Source: the human T2T-CHM13v2.0 reference genome, Homo sapiens
Strand: one strand, 5' to 3'
Length of the DNA: 64,000 nt
Assembly: GCF_009914755.1 (NCBI RefSeq)
Contig: NC_060926.1
Positions 12,901-30,312 of this stretch are shown one piece after another. Position numbers and translations under genes: made by a program. Position 1 is the stretch's first letter, and each line of letters opens with the position of its first letter. Below the pieces are notes generated by a model. It was not told the origin of the DNA, did no database searches, and saw only the letters and a program-made list of their open reading frames with translations.

Positions 12901-14844
12901 ACCTAAATGCCGTGTCTTTCTTTCCTCCCTCCCTCCTTCTCTTCCTCCAACTTATTGCACTGGCTAAGAATTGCAGTACAATGTTGAATAGCAGTGATAA
13001 GAGAGAACATCCTTACTTTGTTTCTTATCATGGAGCAGGCAGCAATAAATCTTTCACTGTTAAGTATGATGTTAGTTGAGGTTTCTTGTAGATACAATAT
13101 GATGTTAAGAAATTTCCTTTGTACTCCTAGTTTATTGACAGTGTTTTTTAAAATTATGGGTGGATTTTGAATTTTATTGAATGCTTTTTTACCATCAACT
13201 GACAGAACCATATGAGTTTTCTTAATATTTAATATGGTGAATTGCACTGATTGATTTTCAAATGTTGAACCAGCCTTACATTCTCTGGATAAATTCCACT
13301 TGGTTGTAATGTATTTTTGGAGGGGACTAGGTAGATTGGTATTATTTATTCCTTCAGTGTTTGGTAGAATTCTCTAGTGAAACCATTTGGTCCTAGAGTT
13401 TTCTTTGTTGGAAGGTTTTTAACACAAATTTAATTTTATAAATAGATATAGGACTATTCAGATTATCTATTTCTTCTTGATAAGTTTTGTTAGTTTCTAT
13501 CTTTCAAAGATTCAGTCCACTTCACCTAAGTTGTCAAATTCATTGATACAGAATTTTTTGTGGTGTTCTTTTATTAGCCATTTATGTCTGAATGGTCAGT
13601 AATAATACTCCCTCTTTTATTCTTGACATTATTAACTTATGTCTTCAGTCTTTTTCTTGCTCAGTCTGTCTAGAGGTTTATCAATTTTACTGATCTCTTC
13701 AAAGATCCAGATTTTGGTTTAATTTTGTCTATTATTTTTCTGTTTTCAATTTAATTGATTTCTGCTCTTATTTTATTATTGCCTTCCTTGTCTTTGCTTA
13801 GGTTTAATGTACTCTTCTATTTTTTAAGGGATAAGCTTATATTACTGATTTTTGTTTTAATAGAAGTATTTAATGCTATACATTTCCCTCTAGGCCTTGC
13901 TTTAGCTGCATTATACAATTTTGAAATGTATATTTGAATTTTCACTTAGTTTAAATATTTTAACATTTCTTTTGAGACTACTTATTGACCCGTATGTTAT
14001 TTTAAAGTATATCATTTAATTTTAAGATATTTGGGGATTTTCTAGAAGTTTTTCTGTTATTGATTTCTAGTTTAAATCTTTTATTATCCTAGAATATGAC
14101 TTGCATGATTTCTGTTCTTTTAGATTTGTTCATATTTGTTTTATGACCCAGAATGTGGTTTATCTTGGTGAATTTCAATGCACACTTGAAAATATGTGTA
14201 TTCTGCTATTGATGGGTGGGATGTTCCAGAAATATCAATTAGGTCAAGTTGCTTGATAGGGTTGTTCAGGTCTTCTGTGTTCTTATTAATTTTCTGCTTG
14301 TTTTCTCTATAACCAAGAGAGGAATGTTAGCATTTCCAGTTACAATTGTGGATGTATCTATTTTTCTTTTTACTCATATCACTTCTTACTTCATGTATTT
14401 TGACTCTATGTTGTTAAGTGCATACACATTTAGGGTTGTGATGTCCTCTTGGAGAACATCTTGATCCCTTTCTTATTATGTGATGTCCCTCTGTATTTCT
14501 GTTAATATTCCTTTTTCTGTAGTCTGCTTTGGGTGTTAATAATACAGATACTCCAGCTTTTTTTGGATTAATGTTTGCATTGTATATCTTTTTGTGTTCT
14601 TTTACTTTTAACCTATATTTAGGTTATAAAATAACCTGTATACTTAAGGTGGCTTTCTTGTGGCAACATATACTTGAGTCTTATTTTTTCAACTAATCTG
14701 ACAATATCTGTCTGTTAACTGGTATGTTAGACCATTTACACTTGCTATGCTATTGATATGGCTTAATTATAATCTACCATCTTGCTAGTTGTTTTCTATT
14801 TGTTCTATCTGTTCTTTTTTTTTCTTGTTTCTTGAGCTTTTTTT

Positions 14845-14953
14845 GTTGTTGTTGTTGTTTATTTTGTTTTTTGAGATGGGGTCCCGCTCTGTCACCCAGG
14901 CCAGAGTACAGTGGCGCAATCTTGGCTTACTGTACCCTCGACCTCCTGGTCTT
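14845..14953 (-). mobile_element. Alu 3' fragment
   Basis: ttttgagatggggtcccgctctgtcacccaggccagagtacagtggcgcaatc. Confidence 0.8.
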
Positions 14954-15205
14954 GAGCATTTTTTTATATTTTCCTTATCTCCACTATGGACTTCTTACCT
15001 ATGCCTCTTTACATTTTTTTAGTGATTGCTCTAGAGTTAATAATATGTATCTTTAATTAATTAGAGTGTACTTTCAAGTAGTATTATACTGTTTCATTTG
15101 TAGTCTTATAGCAGTATATTTACAGTTCTTCTCTTTTATGTTTTGTGCTATTGTTATTATCATTTTTTAATATCAGCTATAAATAAAAGATTTTTTGCTT
15201 TAGAC

Positions 15206-15409
15206 CAGGGGTCAACAAACTTTTTCTGTAAAAAAGCCAGAAAGTAATTATTTTAGGCTTTGAGGCCATAGATGGTCTCTGTTGCATATACTTTTATTCT
15301 TAAACAATTCTTTACAAATGTATTTCAAAAAACATTCTTAGTTCATTGGTTATGCTAAAACAGACCAGGGGCTAGGTTTGGCTTGTAGGTTATAGTTTGC
15401 TTACTCCTG
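15206..15409. mobile_element. MER58-like hAT-Charlie DNA transposon (MITE)
   Basis: TIRs caggggtcaacaaact ... agtttgcttactcctg; perfect 8-bp TSD ctttagac. Confidence 0.85.
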
Positions 15410-15676
15410 CTTTAGACATTCAGTTATCTTTTATAGCAATTAAAATTAAGAGAAAAAATAATTTTGTTTGATTTTCATTTATATCATTTCCATCATTGTT
15501 TTCTTTGTGTAGATCCAAGTTTTGGTCTGGCAACGCCTGGATAACTTAATTTAACATTTGTTGTAGTGTAGGTCTCCTGGCAATGAATTCTAAGTTTTTG
15601 TTTCTCTTTGATTTCTATTTTTCCTGCATCTTTGGGAGATATTTTACTGGGTATAAAATTCTGGGTTGACAGTTTT

Positions 15677-15711
15677 TACGCTTGATCTTAGCTAAAAGGC
15701 TGAGAAGCAAT
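15677..15711 (-). pseudogene. 3'-truncated U2 snRNA retro-pseudogene (nt 1-35)
   Basis: Reverse complement ATTGCTTCTCAGCCTTTTAGCTAAGATCAAGCGTA vs U2 ATCGCTTCTCGGCCTTTTGGCTAAGATCAAGTGTA (31/35); 13-bp TSD gggttgaca(g/a)ttt. Confidence 0.9.
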
Positions 15712-17219
15712 GGGTTGACAATTTAAAAAAAAAATTCAGGACTTTAAAAATGTTGCTTCATTCTCTTCTTGTATGCCTCTGACAAGAAGTCTTCTGTAAT
15801 TCCTATCTTTGTTCCTTTTCATTTGATGTTTCATTTTTCTTTTGCTGCTTTCAAGATTTTATTTTTGTCTTTGGTTTTCAGCTCTTTGAATATGATATGC
15901 CTAGGAGTGTGTGTGTGTGTGTGTACATGTATGCATGCGTGCACACTCTTGATATTTATCATACCTGATGTTCTTGAGCTCCTTGGATCTGTGATTTGGT
16001 ATCTGTCATTAATTTTGGAAAATTCTCAGCAATTATTTTTTCAAATATTTCTTCTGCCTATTTTCTTTCTTTTCTCCTGAAATTTCAGTTACACCTAGGT
16101 TTGAATTTATGATACAGTCCCACAGCTCTTGGGCACTCCATTCGTTTTTTGCTTGTTTTATTCATGTTTTTTCTCTTCTTATTTAGTTTGGGTAATTTCT
16201 ACTGATCTATTTTCAAGTTCAATGATTTTTTCCTTTGCTGTATCAAGTCCACTGAAGAATGCCTGTTGAAAGCATCCTTTATTTGTTACTGTCTTTAGCC
16301 TTTCAAATATTTCCATTTGATTCTTTCCTGCAGTTTTTCTCTCTGATAACATTTTCCATTTAATCTTTCAGATTGTCTACCCTTTCCACTACGGACTTTT
16401 ATAATTAATTTTGGTTATTTAAAATTCTTTGTCTGATAGCTTCAGCATCTAGGTCTGGTTCTATTCATTGCAATGTCTTTTCGCAGTATGATCTTTTCTT
16501 GCTTTTCTCATGCCCTATAATTTTTTTTTGTTGATAACTAGACATCTTATATAGGACATTAGATATGGAGATAGGCTTTATGCATGGGAATGGGCACGCC
16601 GTTCTCTTTTTACCAGGCCTTTAGTGTGAAGATTGATCAATCTAGTCAGAAGATGAACTGGGTTTGAGGGTTCTCATTCCTCTGGTTATTCTCAGTGTAC
16701 CCCCAGACTTCAAATTCCTCTAGTGATGCCTTGTGTTTAGGGTTGGAGCTGGCTTGCCAAAGGCCTTTGCCATTCCCATCTTTTGGTCTTCCTGTGGTAC
16801 TGGGCCCCAGAGTGGTCTGTCTCCATGCTCTTTCAACTCTCCCAGTGGTAGTCCATTGTTATTTGTGACCCGATGCTTGTTAGTCAGTGTCCAGGTACAT
16901 CTGCCTCAAGTAGACAAGTGCTCATGTCTTGTCTCTTCCTGCAAGTGCCTCTCTAGATTTTGGGCTAGTTTGTTCTCCTTTGCCTCAGTTTTCTCATGGA
17001 TTTGAGAAGGTTATGATCTTGTGCTTTACCTGGCTTTTTATTTTTTGTAAGCATGGTAATAATGTTCTTTTCAGTTCTCTACATCCTGAGCAGAAATCAA
17101 AAGCCCTGATTTCATGTTTTCAAGCTCTTTCTTTTGGTGATCTTCTTGTAAAATACTGGTGTCGTTTCCCTTCCACTTATGCTTTATCAAATATAATTTA
17201 CACATTTCATATGTATAAA

Positions 17220-17375
17220 TCAGTGGTTCTCAGCCCTTACTTGGGAAGCATGAAAAGGAAACACAGATTTTGGGCCCCAGTGTTTCAATTAATATACGTC
17301 AGGATTAGGTATGGATATCGTTTATAAGCTCCCCAGGTGAGTCTGATATTCATCTGCATTGAAAGCTCCTGGTCT
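17220..17375. mobile_element. MER5-like DNA transposon fragment
   Basis: cagtggttctca ... aagctccccaggtgagtctgat. Confidence 0.5.
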
Positions 17376-19500
17376 AAGTATCACTTTCAACCTTGCCTTT
17401 CACAGAGGTGTTATTCCAATGTAAATGGCCAAATGAAGTCTCAGCCTGTTTATGTCCACCCTATAGAATCAGTTCTCTCCTAATGTGCCTTCAGTGGTAC
17501 ACAGTGCCTGTGATCTAAACTGATAGTCTCTTAGAATGGGGAGAAAACTTAAGAGTTCTTCTCATTTCACTTTCAATGACTCTCTCATCATTGAAATGTA
17601 CCCTTCTCTAATCTACCAGTTTGTGTAACTCACTACCTTGCAAATTGTTTTGAAATTAGTTTGCATGACTCAGTATATGAGCATGTGTGCATGCACATGC
17701 ACACACACACACACATGCTCTCATACACGTGACACTTTATGAAACAGTAGTTACTCTTACAATAAGTCTTGTACCTCTAAATCAATTACATGATGCACCA
17801 ATGTGTTGCTTCTTACAGTATGAAAAACACTCGTTCAGTCCATCTTCCAGTGGACAAGCTTTGGAAGGTTTCAAAACAGGTCCCTTAGTACCTCAGAGTG
17901 CTCTTGTGTCTGGTGTAAAGCTGATTCCTCCAGCAGTGTTTCCAGCTTCTTCACTACCCTGGCCAGTTTTATGCGCTAGATACTAGAGCCGGTGCTAGGT
18001 AACATGCCCAGGATTTCAGAGCTTATGGCTTGTTTGGGGACACATGACATGCAAGGTGAGTGTCAAAAAGTTATGTTGTGAGTAAGTGCTCTTAGAGGTC
18101 ACAGATGAAAGAAAGATCAAACAGGTGGTCAGGAAAGACTTGATTGGGGCCTTGAAGGTAAGCATCAGATATGTATGGAGTGTAAGGTATTTGGGGATGG
18201 GGAGGATTCAGAGGGAGGAAAAAGCTATGTTAGCAGTCTCCCAACACCTTGGCTCTCTCTAGGAGTGACTTGGATTCACAGTAGCTAAGAGAATCTGTAG
18301 GCTAGATACAAAGGGGAAATCTAATTTGAATTGTTTCTATAGCAGAGGATAGGCAAAGTACACAGAAGGTACTAGACTCAACTCCCCATATTCCCCTTGC
18401 CCCCAGGTCAGAGTCTTCAGGGGCTGTGACTCTGACAAGCGTAGTTTGTATGTTGCTCTGGACTCTATTTCTTGTCATGGTGAGTGAGGTTCAGCTTGCA
18501 AGGGGTCAGTTCAAGGCTGGTAGATTTAAGACCTGCCTTTTTGTGACTTCTGTCAAGTTTTGGAGCAATCACCGATAGTTACTGGCCTAGTTTTGTCCAC
18601 CTTTTCTTCTCGGGGGCCCTTAACCAGCTGTATTACTAAGAAATGTAATTCTCAAAGTATGCTACATCTACTGCTCTTCATGATCCATTTCACCCTGGAG
18701 ACAGTCTTCTGAGCATTCTTGCTCATTGTGAAACCACGTCACCATCAAAATACTGCACAGAAGCCAGATATTACATCATTGGTATTGTGTTGAAAACATC
18801 TCCTGCATTTTGGGACTATTTCACTAGGGTGAAAAACAGAAAATGAAGTACATTACCGAAAAAATAGGCACGGTGTGTTTTATTTGTCTTTTAGTAAGGT
18901 ATGGGAACCACAGTTTTTAGGCAACTACAGGAAAGTTAGAACAAAGATGAGGGCTGCAAGTAACCCACTGCTGTGCCAGCACCACAGAGGTGGTATTAGT
19001 GTTACTGAGAAATGTGCATTATACATTTCTCCTAGAATTTGGAGCTGGGATTGTAGTTTGTCTCTTGGGAAGAGCCAGTAGGTCAAACAGGGGACACCTC
19101 TGTTTTATATTTCTCTTTTTGCCTTGGCACCCAGGAAGCCCGGAGCTACAGTTGTAGTGATAATTTTATTTCAAGTTATAAGTTCAAAGATTTCCTGTCT
19201 TAATATGATTTCAACTTTTTAAAAACAATAACTTTTTTCTTATTACAAAGATGATATATATTCATTATAAAAGATGTATAAAATAACATGTTCCCACCCC
19301 AACCAGATATTTTCCTACCACACAGAAATAGTCACGGTTTGCATTTTAATCTTAATCATTATAATTTATTCTAAACATATATGTATATATTTATACATAT
19401 ACATATATATTACAAAAATGAAATCTCTTTCACATTACAACTCATGTTTAAAACATAACATTTATCAACATTTTCTATGTCATTAAATATCCCTGAACAA

Positions 19501-19806
19501 TATTATTATTATTATTTTTTTTTTTGAGATGGAGTCTCGCTCTGTTGCCCAGGCTGGAGTGCAGTGGCACGAACTTGGCTCACTGTAAGCTCCGCCTCCT
19601 GGGTTCACACCGTTCTCCTGCTCAGCTTCCCGAATAGCTGGGACTACAGGCACCTGCCACCACGCCCGGCTAATTTTTTCTATTTTTTAGTAGAGATGGG
19701 GTTTCACCACGTTAGCCAGGATGGTCTCGATCTCCTGACCTCATGATCCACCCGCCTCGGCCTCCCAAAGTGCTGGGATTACAGGCGTGAGCCACCGCGC
19801 CCGGCC
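19501..19806 (-). mobile_element. AluY-like
   Basis: gttagccaggatggtctcgatctcctgacctcatgatccacccgcctcggcc; TSD aacaatattatt / aacaacattatt. Confidence 0.95.
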
Positions 19807-19993
19807 AACAACATTATTTTTAATGTATTTTGTATTTAATCATGAAGGTATATCTGTTGCTATACTTTCAGCTAGAATTCAGCTTTTTGCTATTATAAAC
19901 AGCTCTGTCATATACATTCTGGTAGCTGAATCTCTGAGCACACCCATGATTATTTTAATAGAATAAGTTTCTAGAAATGACATAAGTGAGTAA

Positions 19994-20275
<282 letters not shown>

Positions 20276-20399
20276 CTATATTATTTTTAAGGCTTTGGAT
20301 ATATATTTCCCATGTTGTCCTCCAGAAAGCATGAACTAATTTATTTTATCACCTGGGAATTTGAGAGTGCCTTTTCTCCTAAGCCTCATACAATACTAG

Positions 20400-20695
<296 letters not shown>

Positions 20696-20724
20696 AGGAT
20701 TATTATTTTTTAAATCTATGTTAG

Positions 20725-21060
20725 GAGTCAGGACTTCTGGCTATGGCCAAATGAGGAGGTCAGCAAGTTCTCTTTCCCTGAAAGCTACTATAAATCTGGA
20801 CAAAATGAACAGAAGCAGCCATTTTATCACTCTGGTAATCTATCAAAGGCATGCAACAACCTGAGAAGAATTTACTCGTGGAAAATTGCTGAACTTCAGG
20901 TAAGGACACTGGGAGTCTGTGGTCTTGTCTGGGGCTACTCCCTATTCCCCACCAACCACAGCTCGGTGGGTGCAGAGGTGTTGCCTGGGCAAAGGAGATG
21001 ATGAACACCAGCCCCACTGCTGTCCAGATTGAAGGGACTTGCTCAATTTGCAGCATGCCA
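20725..21060 (+). mobile_element. Possible old L1M 5'UTR fragment
   Basis: ggacttctggctatggcc ... gaagaatttactcgtggaaaattgctgaacttcagg resembles L1M 5' ends. Confidence 0.4.
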
Positions 21061-21297
21061 AGTGGGTGACTATGCCTGTGAGTGCTTTTTGAGTCCCCTT
21101 CTTCCCTGTTTTAGTTTACCTTGACTCTTTAAAAAAATAAAATAACAATGTTCTTTTATTCTAAACATTTATGTTTATTATGGAAAAAGGGGAAAATAAA
21201 CATAAAGAGAAGAAAACGAGAAGCCCCCATAAGCCCATTTGGTGTCCATTCTTCTCTATTGGCTTGTTTCAATGGAGGCTTCTGCCTTGATGGAAAT

Positions 21298-21460
21298 GCT
21301 GTCTGCCACCCCATACAGTAGCCACTGTTCTTGGGAGGCTATTGAGCACTTGACATGTGGAAAGTGCAACTGAAGAGTTGAATTTTTTAATTTTGATGAA
21401 TTCTAATTAATTTGTATTTAAATATTCGCATGTGTCTACCAGCTAGTGTTGGACAGAATA
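21298..21460. mobile_element. MER3/MER33-like DNA transposon
   Basis: tagccact ... ggctattgagcacttgacatgtgg ... ttggacag. Confidence 0.6.
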
Positions 21461-21911
21461 GTTTTATGATTTCTATAATATGGAGGTATGATAGATACCT
21501 TTCATTCGTACATACATACATACATATGGAGGTAAGATAGATACATAGTTAAAAAAAACAAAATAGGATCATACTGCACATTGTGCTTTTATATTCCTTG
21601 TCTTGCTAACAGTATATCATAAACATAATTTTAATGACCGAATTGTATTCTGTTGAATGAATGTACCATAAATAGCTTAACAAAGTCTTCATTGTACCTT
21701 TAGGATATTTCCAATATTTTGATACTATAAACAACATTGCAGAGAACGTGTTTACAGCTAAAGTTGTAACATTCCTAATTATTTACTGAGGTTAAATTCT
21801 TAAATTTGAACTATTGGGTCAAATATAATACCCATTTTCAAACCTCTCTTCCAAGAAGTTCTATCACTGAACATTTTCATCAATAGTATATGAAAGTATC
21901 TCACTGTTATT

Positions 21912-24280
<2,369 letters not shown>

Positions 24281-26374
24281 GACATTCCTGATCAGTGAGA
24301 TGGCAAGTGTGATTTATGCTGTTTTTCTATGATCACTTTTATACTCTTAAGAATCTGAGTGATAGAGCAGGAGGTATGGGCTGATTTCTCCTAGGGAATA
24401 TTTCCTTTGTCCTGTGCATAGGGAGGCTTGGCATAATGGCTACTAGAAAAGAAATATTTTAATTGAAGAACATATTCATGTAACACATAGGTGCCAAGGA
24501 GTTTGACTAACATTATCCAATATGTAAGTATTCAATATTTTGAATAAAATTTAAGTACTAGCCTTCTATCCTGCCTTTCCACAATTTGGGGTGCCCACTG
24601 TATGCTTCAGGTACTGTGCTGGGATCCCAAAGATGAATGAAACACAGGCCATGTCCCCAGGGTGCTCATGGAGGGGAGACACACAGGGATTAGGAAGTTT
24701 CATATTCTGGCAAGTGGTTTCCATTAAAGAGTAACCACTGTCAGAAGGAAACAGGTGACCAATGTGGGCTTCACCATCAGGATTTTGGGGTCTCAATGTG
24801 CTGTTGGAAGATTCACTTTCTACCTTGTAGAATCAAAGAATTGTAGAACTGGAGCCTTGGAAATCTTTTTTTCCAGTAAGTCCACATTTTCCAAGAGGAG
24901 GAACTGCTTACCTTATTTAACAATTCTTGTTCTCTCTCATCAGTAACTCTTATTTCTCTGAAATGTTTTATCTTACACACATGCATGCACATACATGCAT
25001 GCACACACATACATACAACATCCTCTGTAGGGAGGCAATCTGTGTACAGCCCACTCTTGGCTCCATTTGTTGTGTCTGGTTTGGGTAATCTAACACCAGC
25101 CATGCGTTCATCTTCAATATGACTCGTCTAGGATTCCTGCTTCTCCTCACCTGCGAAGACTACTCAGCATTGTCCATAGATGCTTATGACCAGGAACTGA
25201 CAAGGAGGGTACGTTATCCGACTCCACATCTGAGTTACCCAAAAGCTTTGGGGGTCCTTCCTGTTCTTATTAGTTGTATGTTCAACTTTCTTTGTAAAGA
25301 GCATACCCCATCTATTTAAAATTTGTCAATTCAGAGGATTAACTAGGATGCCTGCAAAGTCAAGCCTGTGTGCTTACTGCAAAGTCATCTTTCCAGAAAA
25401 GAGTGAAAGTAAAGCAATTACATAGGTCATACCTTAAAATGATTTATGTAGTTTTTTGATAAGTCAATTCAGACTCGTATGACTCATGTATTTTCATTTT
25501 TACTTTTCTATTTAAAAAGAAACTCTTTATTCTAGTTTTATTATATATTATTTATTATTAGGATGAAAATAACATCAGGTTACTTTTTATTATTCTATTG
25601 GCAAAATGGAATGCAAAACTTATGGTCTCAGGCTACAAAAGAAAATGAATTGTCTCCACAAACCTTTCAAGTTTAATTAACTTTTAAATAAATACAAAGT
25701 TCTAGTCTCCCACCCTGACCCTGCCCTGCACTTTTTTTTTTTAATTACAGTGCCTTTTTTCTTTTGATTATATGAAAGGGTGAGATAAGGATGTAAAAAT
25801 GCTTTCGGGTTCACATTGTTTACTGCATATGATACAGCAGCCAATTCAATCAGAAGGGAAATAGGAAAATAACTACTCTATTTTTGCCTTGTAAGCGGTT
25901 TGTAAAGTCCCCTCCAGTCCCTACGATTAAATGTTGGCTTCTCTCTTGCAGCTCTCTAAAAGGAAATTAAAAGTGGAGCAAACAGCATTTCAAAACCAAA
26001 CACAAATACTGTGTAGGGACGAACCCAGCAAATGGAAGAATTACAGCATTGCAGGCAGTCCTTTAATTCAGTGCTGTAAGAAATGCAACAGAAGAGGAAA
26101 GGGGGTGGAAAGGGGATCCTGAGAAAGTTGCAGGTCATCGCAAGCCTCTGATTATTTGACCGTTTCAGGGGTGAGCTGGGGTGGGGATTGGTAGTCATAG
26201 CAGAGCTTTCCCTGTGATGTGTGATGAATGCATCCGTAAGACGTATTGTTACTCAGTTACTGTTTACCATAGCCTAAGCCCTAGAGTGGCCTGGAACTTG
26301 CTAATGGGGACCGAGGCAGGGAAAGTATGGAGGTCCATTCCTAGGAAATGGGTGGCATTCAACATGTAGAAGAA

Positions 26375-26525
26375 AGGGCATTTCGACTGGCAGCCAGGAA
26401 CCTGAGTTCTGTTCTTGGTCCTTCTGCCTTCTGACTGTGTGACCTTGGATGAGTTACCTTGGATGAGTTGCCTTGGCCCTCTGAACCATAGTTTTCATAT
26501 CTGCAAAATGCAGGTTTGGACTAAA
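26375..26525 (+). mobile_element. MIR fragment
   Basis: ctgtgtgaccttggatgagttacc ... tttcatatctgcaaaatg. Confidence 0.65.
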
Positions 26526-26959
26526 TGCGTGATTTTCCAACCAAATTCCCAAGCCTCCATCAAGCCATCTCAGAGGTTGTCCTTGCACCAACAACTGGGG
26601 TTCCTGGCCCCTACACTCCAATGGGAGCAGTCTCAGTTTCCTCTCCTATATTTATGCTTTTGTAAGCTTTTGTTTGAACAAAGTGAAAACTACTAGGTGC
26701 CCTGATCTCAAAGATCTCTTCTGATTCTTACATTCAGTTGTCTATAACTCTGCATTTTGGTCCAAGCTTAATGTAAAAGAGACCAAGAAGCATCCATTAT
26801 TCTGGGGCTCCCCATCTTTCTCAGGTAACACAAGCAAGGAATGTGTGTTTTCAGCAACAGAAACACTGCTCATTAGTGATTATGAGGCTGTCATTGGGAC
26901 AGGAATTTGTGTTTATGGAGTCTCAGCCTCTGACTCTAGAAACAGTCCATTTCACTCTT

Positions 26960-27303
<344 letters not shown>

Positions 27304-28544
27304 TGATTGAGATCTGTCTCTTGTAAGAGGCCTGGAAATGTGAGATTTTGAGGGTAGCCACGGTCTCCATCTTGTGCCCTGTTCAGCTCTCTGTAGGTAT
27401 TGCCAGGCCACGGAGCCCTGACTCTTTGAGGGAAGCCTGAGGGCATGGCAGTAATAACCACCTGTCAGCTGCACAGGATTCTGAGTGAGGGTTGGGCCTC
27501 CCCATGAGTCACTTGCTAGCTCCTGTTAAGTAAGTCTTTTCGACCCCATATCAAGTCCCTACCTCTCTGTTCCCTGTCATGGGAATCTTTTCCTTTCACT
27601 CCTTAATAATGTGCATTCCTGTGCCACACACTTTCCTCCATTTCCTTTGGAAGCACAGTACAGGGACTTTTGCGTTGCCAGGAATGAATGTTTAGGAAGT
27701 AGGCCTTCAATTCCTTCCATGGTTCCAAGCCAATATAGTGCCTTTTGTCACTTGTCCCAAGACATTCTGTTGAACACATCAGCCTTGGCAGAGGAAACCG
27801 TTATGAAAGAAGGATTCCAACTGAAGAATATATAGCTGGAGACCCAGGGGTGTTGAGCAGTTTAATTAACGTTATTAGAAATGAAGACTTGGTTATTTTA
27901 AAATGAAATTTCAAATCTCCTGTCTCCGTATCCATTTCTTCATTACGGCGTTGTTCTGTTCACCTGCCTTTTAATGTAGCCAGTTTTTACTGCATTCTCA
28001 CTATGGGAGCAGGCACCCTGCTGACCCTGGGCTGAAAGATGAACAGGTCTTAGGCCATGCTCTCAAGGGGCTTTCATCCTGCTCAGACAAGAGCTGAGCA
28101 GACAGCCACAACCTGGAGTCCTTAGTGCTCTGTAGAGAACTTTCTGGAGCCTGGGAGAACACTCAGAATAAAGCAGCCTGTGCACTTGCCTGGGGACAGG
28201 AAATGGTTCCTTCAGAAGTTTTCCCTGGGCCTGTGTCCCAGAAGGTGACCTAAAGGTGGTTCAGGCAGGAGTGGCTGGTGCAAAGGTGTGAGGGAGTTGG
28301 TGGATTTGGTAAACTGTAGGCTCAGCATGGTCGGAGCAGGCCTTGAGGGAGGGGTAGGGAGGGAGAAGGAGGAGGAGGAGGGGGCAGGAGTCAGGACAGG
28401 ATAATCAGGCACTGAGCTATGCAGGGCCTTGACTACTGCACTAGTTACTAGTGCTGGTCAGGTCAGATGTTATCCAGAGGGCATGGGAACCCACAGCAAA
28501 TGGTTAGGCAAGGTGGGCTAGGCACTTTGCAAGGCCATTTAGCA

Positions 28545-28750
28545 CAGAAGTTACAAGCAACAGCTCCAGGTCCAGGTGACTGGGGTTCGAATCCTGCCTT
28601 GACCACTTTCCAACTGTGGGCAAGTTACTTAACTGTCTCTGCTGCTGTATCTTTAAAATAGGGATAAAAATCCTATCTGTCTTGTAGGGTTGTTATGAGC
28701 AATAACTAAGTAAATTCACCTAAACCTCTCATAACTACAGCACATACAAA
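28545..28750 (+). mobile_element. MIR
   Basis: ggggttcgaatcctgcc ... gggcaagttacttaactgtctctg. Confidence 0.8.
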
Positions 28751-28814
28751 AATCTAGTTATCCCTTTTCTGGGAAGGGGACATATCATATTTTCTATGAG
28801 CAATCTCCTACACT

Positions 28815-29170
28815 GTGTATTAGTTAACTGGTGTAATAATACCATGTAAAAATACTGTAAAACACAGTGGCTTAAAACAACAATTATTTATTATTACTCC
28901 TGCATTTGTGAGTTTCCTGGGGTTTGGCTGAGACCTGGCTGGACATGCAGTTTGGGACCCAAGCTGAGGGCAGTGGCATCCCAGGGCAGCTTCCCAAGGC
29001 AGTGGTACAGCTGTCAGGGGTAAGAGGAAACTTGCAATCCTCTTAAGGTCTAGGCTCCCACCCAGCAAAGCCCAGAATTATATTGCTCTCCTATAGTAGG
29101 AGGAGCTACAGAGTCACTTCCAAAAGGGTAGGAGCACAGGGAGAGGTGAAGGATCAGGGTCAACATTATG
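28815..29170 (-). mobile_element. MaLR LTR (MLT1-like)
   Basis: tgtattagtt ... aaacacagtggcttaaaacaacaattatttatt. Confidence 0.6.
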
Positions 29171-29537
29171 GGGCACAGGCTGCATTTAATGTCTCCTGAT
29201 CTGCATCTTTGTAGCTTCCCAGAGGGAGCTTCCATGAGGGGCACTCGACACCCACCTTGGGCATGCTTGGTACCCCAAGGGTCTGGTTTCAATTAGTGAC
29301 CTTCCTACAGTCATTTAGAACTTAACCTTTGGGCCTAGCAAATGTGTTCTTTCTCTTGCTTTCAGAGCCTTTGAGAGAGAAGGGAAAATATGCTAGTGTG
29401 GATTTGGATCTAGACTCTGTGGAATGAGGTGAGGATGGTGGTATCTCCAGTAATACTTAATGGAAAGCTTGGAGATGAGCAGAGGTGTTTCAGCAGGCAT
29501 GCTCTGTAGCCTTTCTCAGACTTAGCAGGCTGCAGTG

Positions 29538-29645
29538 CATTTTTTTTTTTTTTTGAGACAGGGTCTTGCTCTGTCCCACAGGATGGAGTGCAGTGGAGCC
29601 ATCATAGCTCATTGCAGCCTTGACCTCCTGGGCTCCAGCGATCCT
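29538..29645 (-). mobile_element. 5'-truncated AluJ-like fragment
   Basis: Poly(T) plus right-arm end; TSD tgcagtgcatt. Confidence 0.88.
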
Positions 29646-30312
29646 TGCAGTGCATTCTTGAACATGGTTTGTCATGAATGTAAATTGCTATAAGACTTAA
29701 TGTTTAGATTTAGTAATAAAATATGTGTCTGTTTATATGTGTTTTTAGGTGACTCTATTCCAATATAATTGAAGGAATTGCATTTTTGGTGGATTCCTTG
29801 GGGTTTTCTTTCTTCTCCCTGGTAGCCCCCTGTGAGGCAAGCCTGACTCTCAAGTTGTCACCCTAGACAAATGCTGGGAGAAAGGACAGGGGGAGGCAGC
29901 CCAGTTAGTATTTATTGGTGTGCAACTCTACCTCTCAGTTCTCCTGGATTCCCCGGGGCTTTGGAGGATGGGGGCAGTGATGGAAGGAGTCAAATACCAT
30001 TCTTTTGCCAGCATGTAAAATAATCTCCCTCCTTTTCCCTGGATTCCTTATGCTGTATGACAAACATATCCATTCTTCCCAGACAGAAAAGAGAGAAATG
30101 GGGACAGGCAAGACATTCTTATAGGGTATACTTTTCTATTTTACATTTGAGAATATAAGTACATTATAAAAGTAAGCATCAAATTTCTTATAATGATAGT
30201 TATTTATTAGGTTAAAAAGTTAAACATTATCTCTAAAATTACACCTAATAATTAAGTGTAAGATTAAATTGAGCATTTTTTCAGGGATAGGAAGGAGAAA
30301 CATCGTAGAATC

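Larger units (their letters stand above)
11835..16700 (-). mobile_element. Old degenerate L1M (ORF2 then ORF1 remnants), interrupted by younger insertions
   Basis: T-rich antisense L1 sequence; ORF 12903-13247(-) reads HMVLSVDGKKAFNKIQNP, resembling the L1 RT motif HMIISIDAEKAFDKIQHP. Confidence 0.85.
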
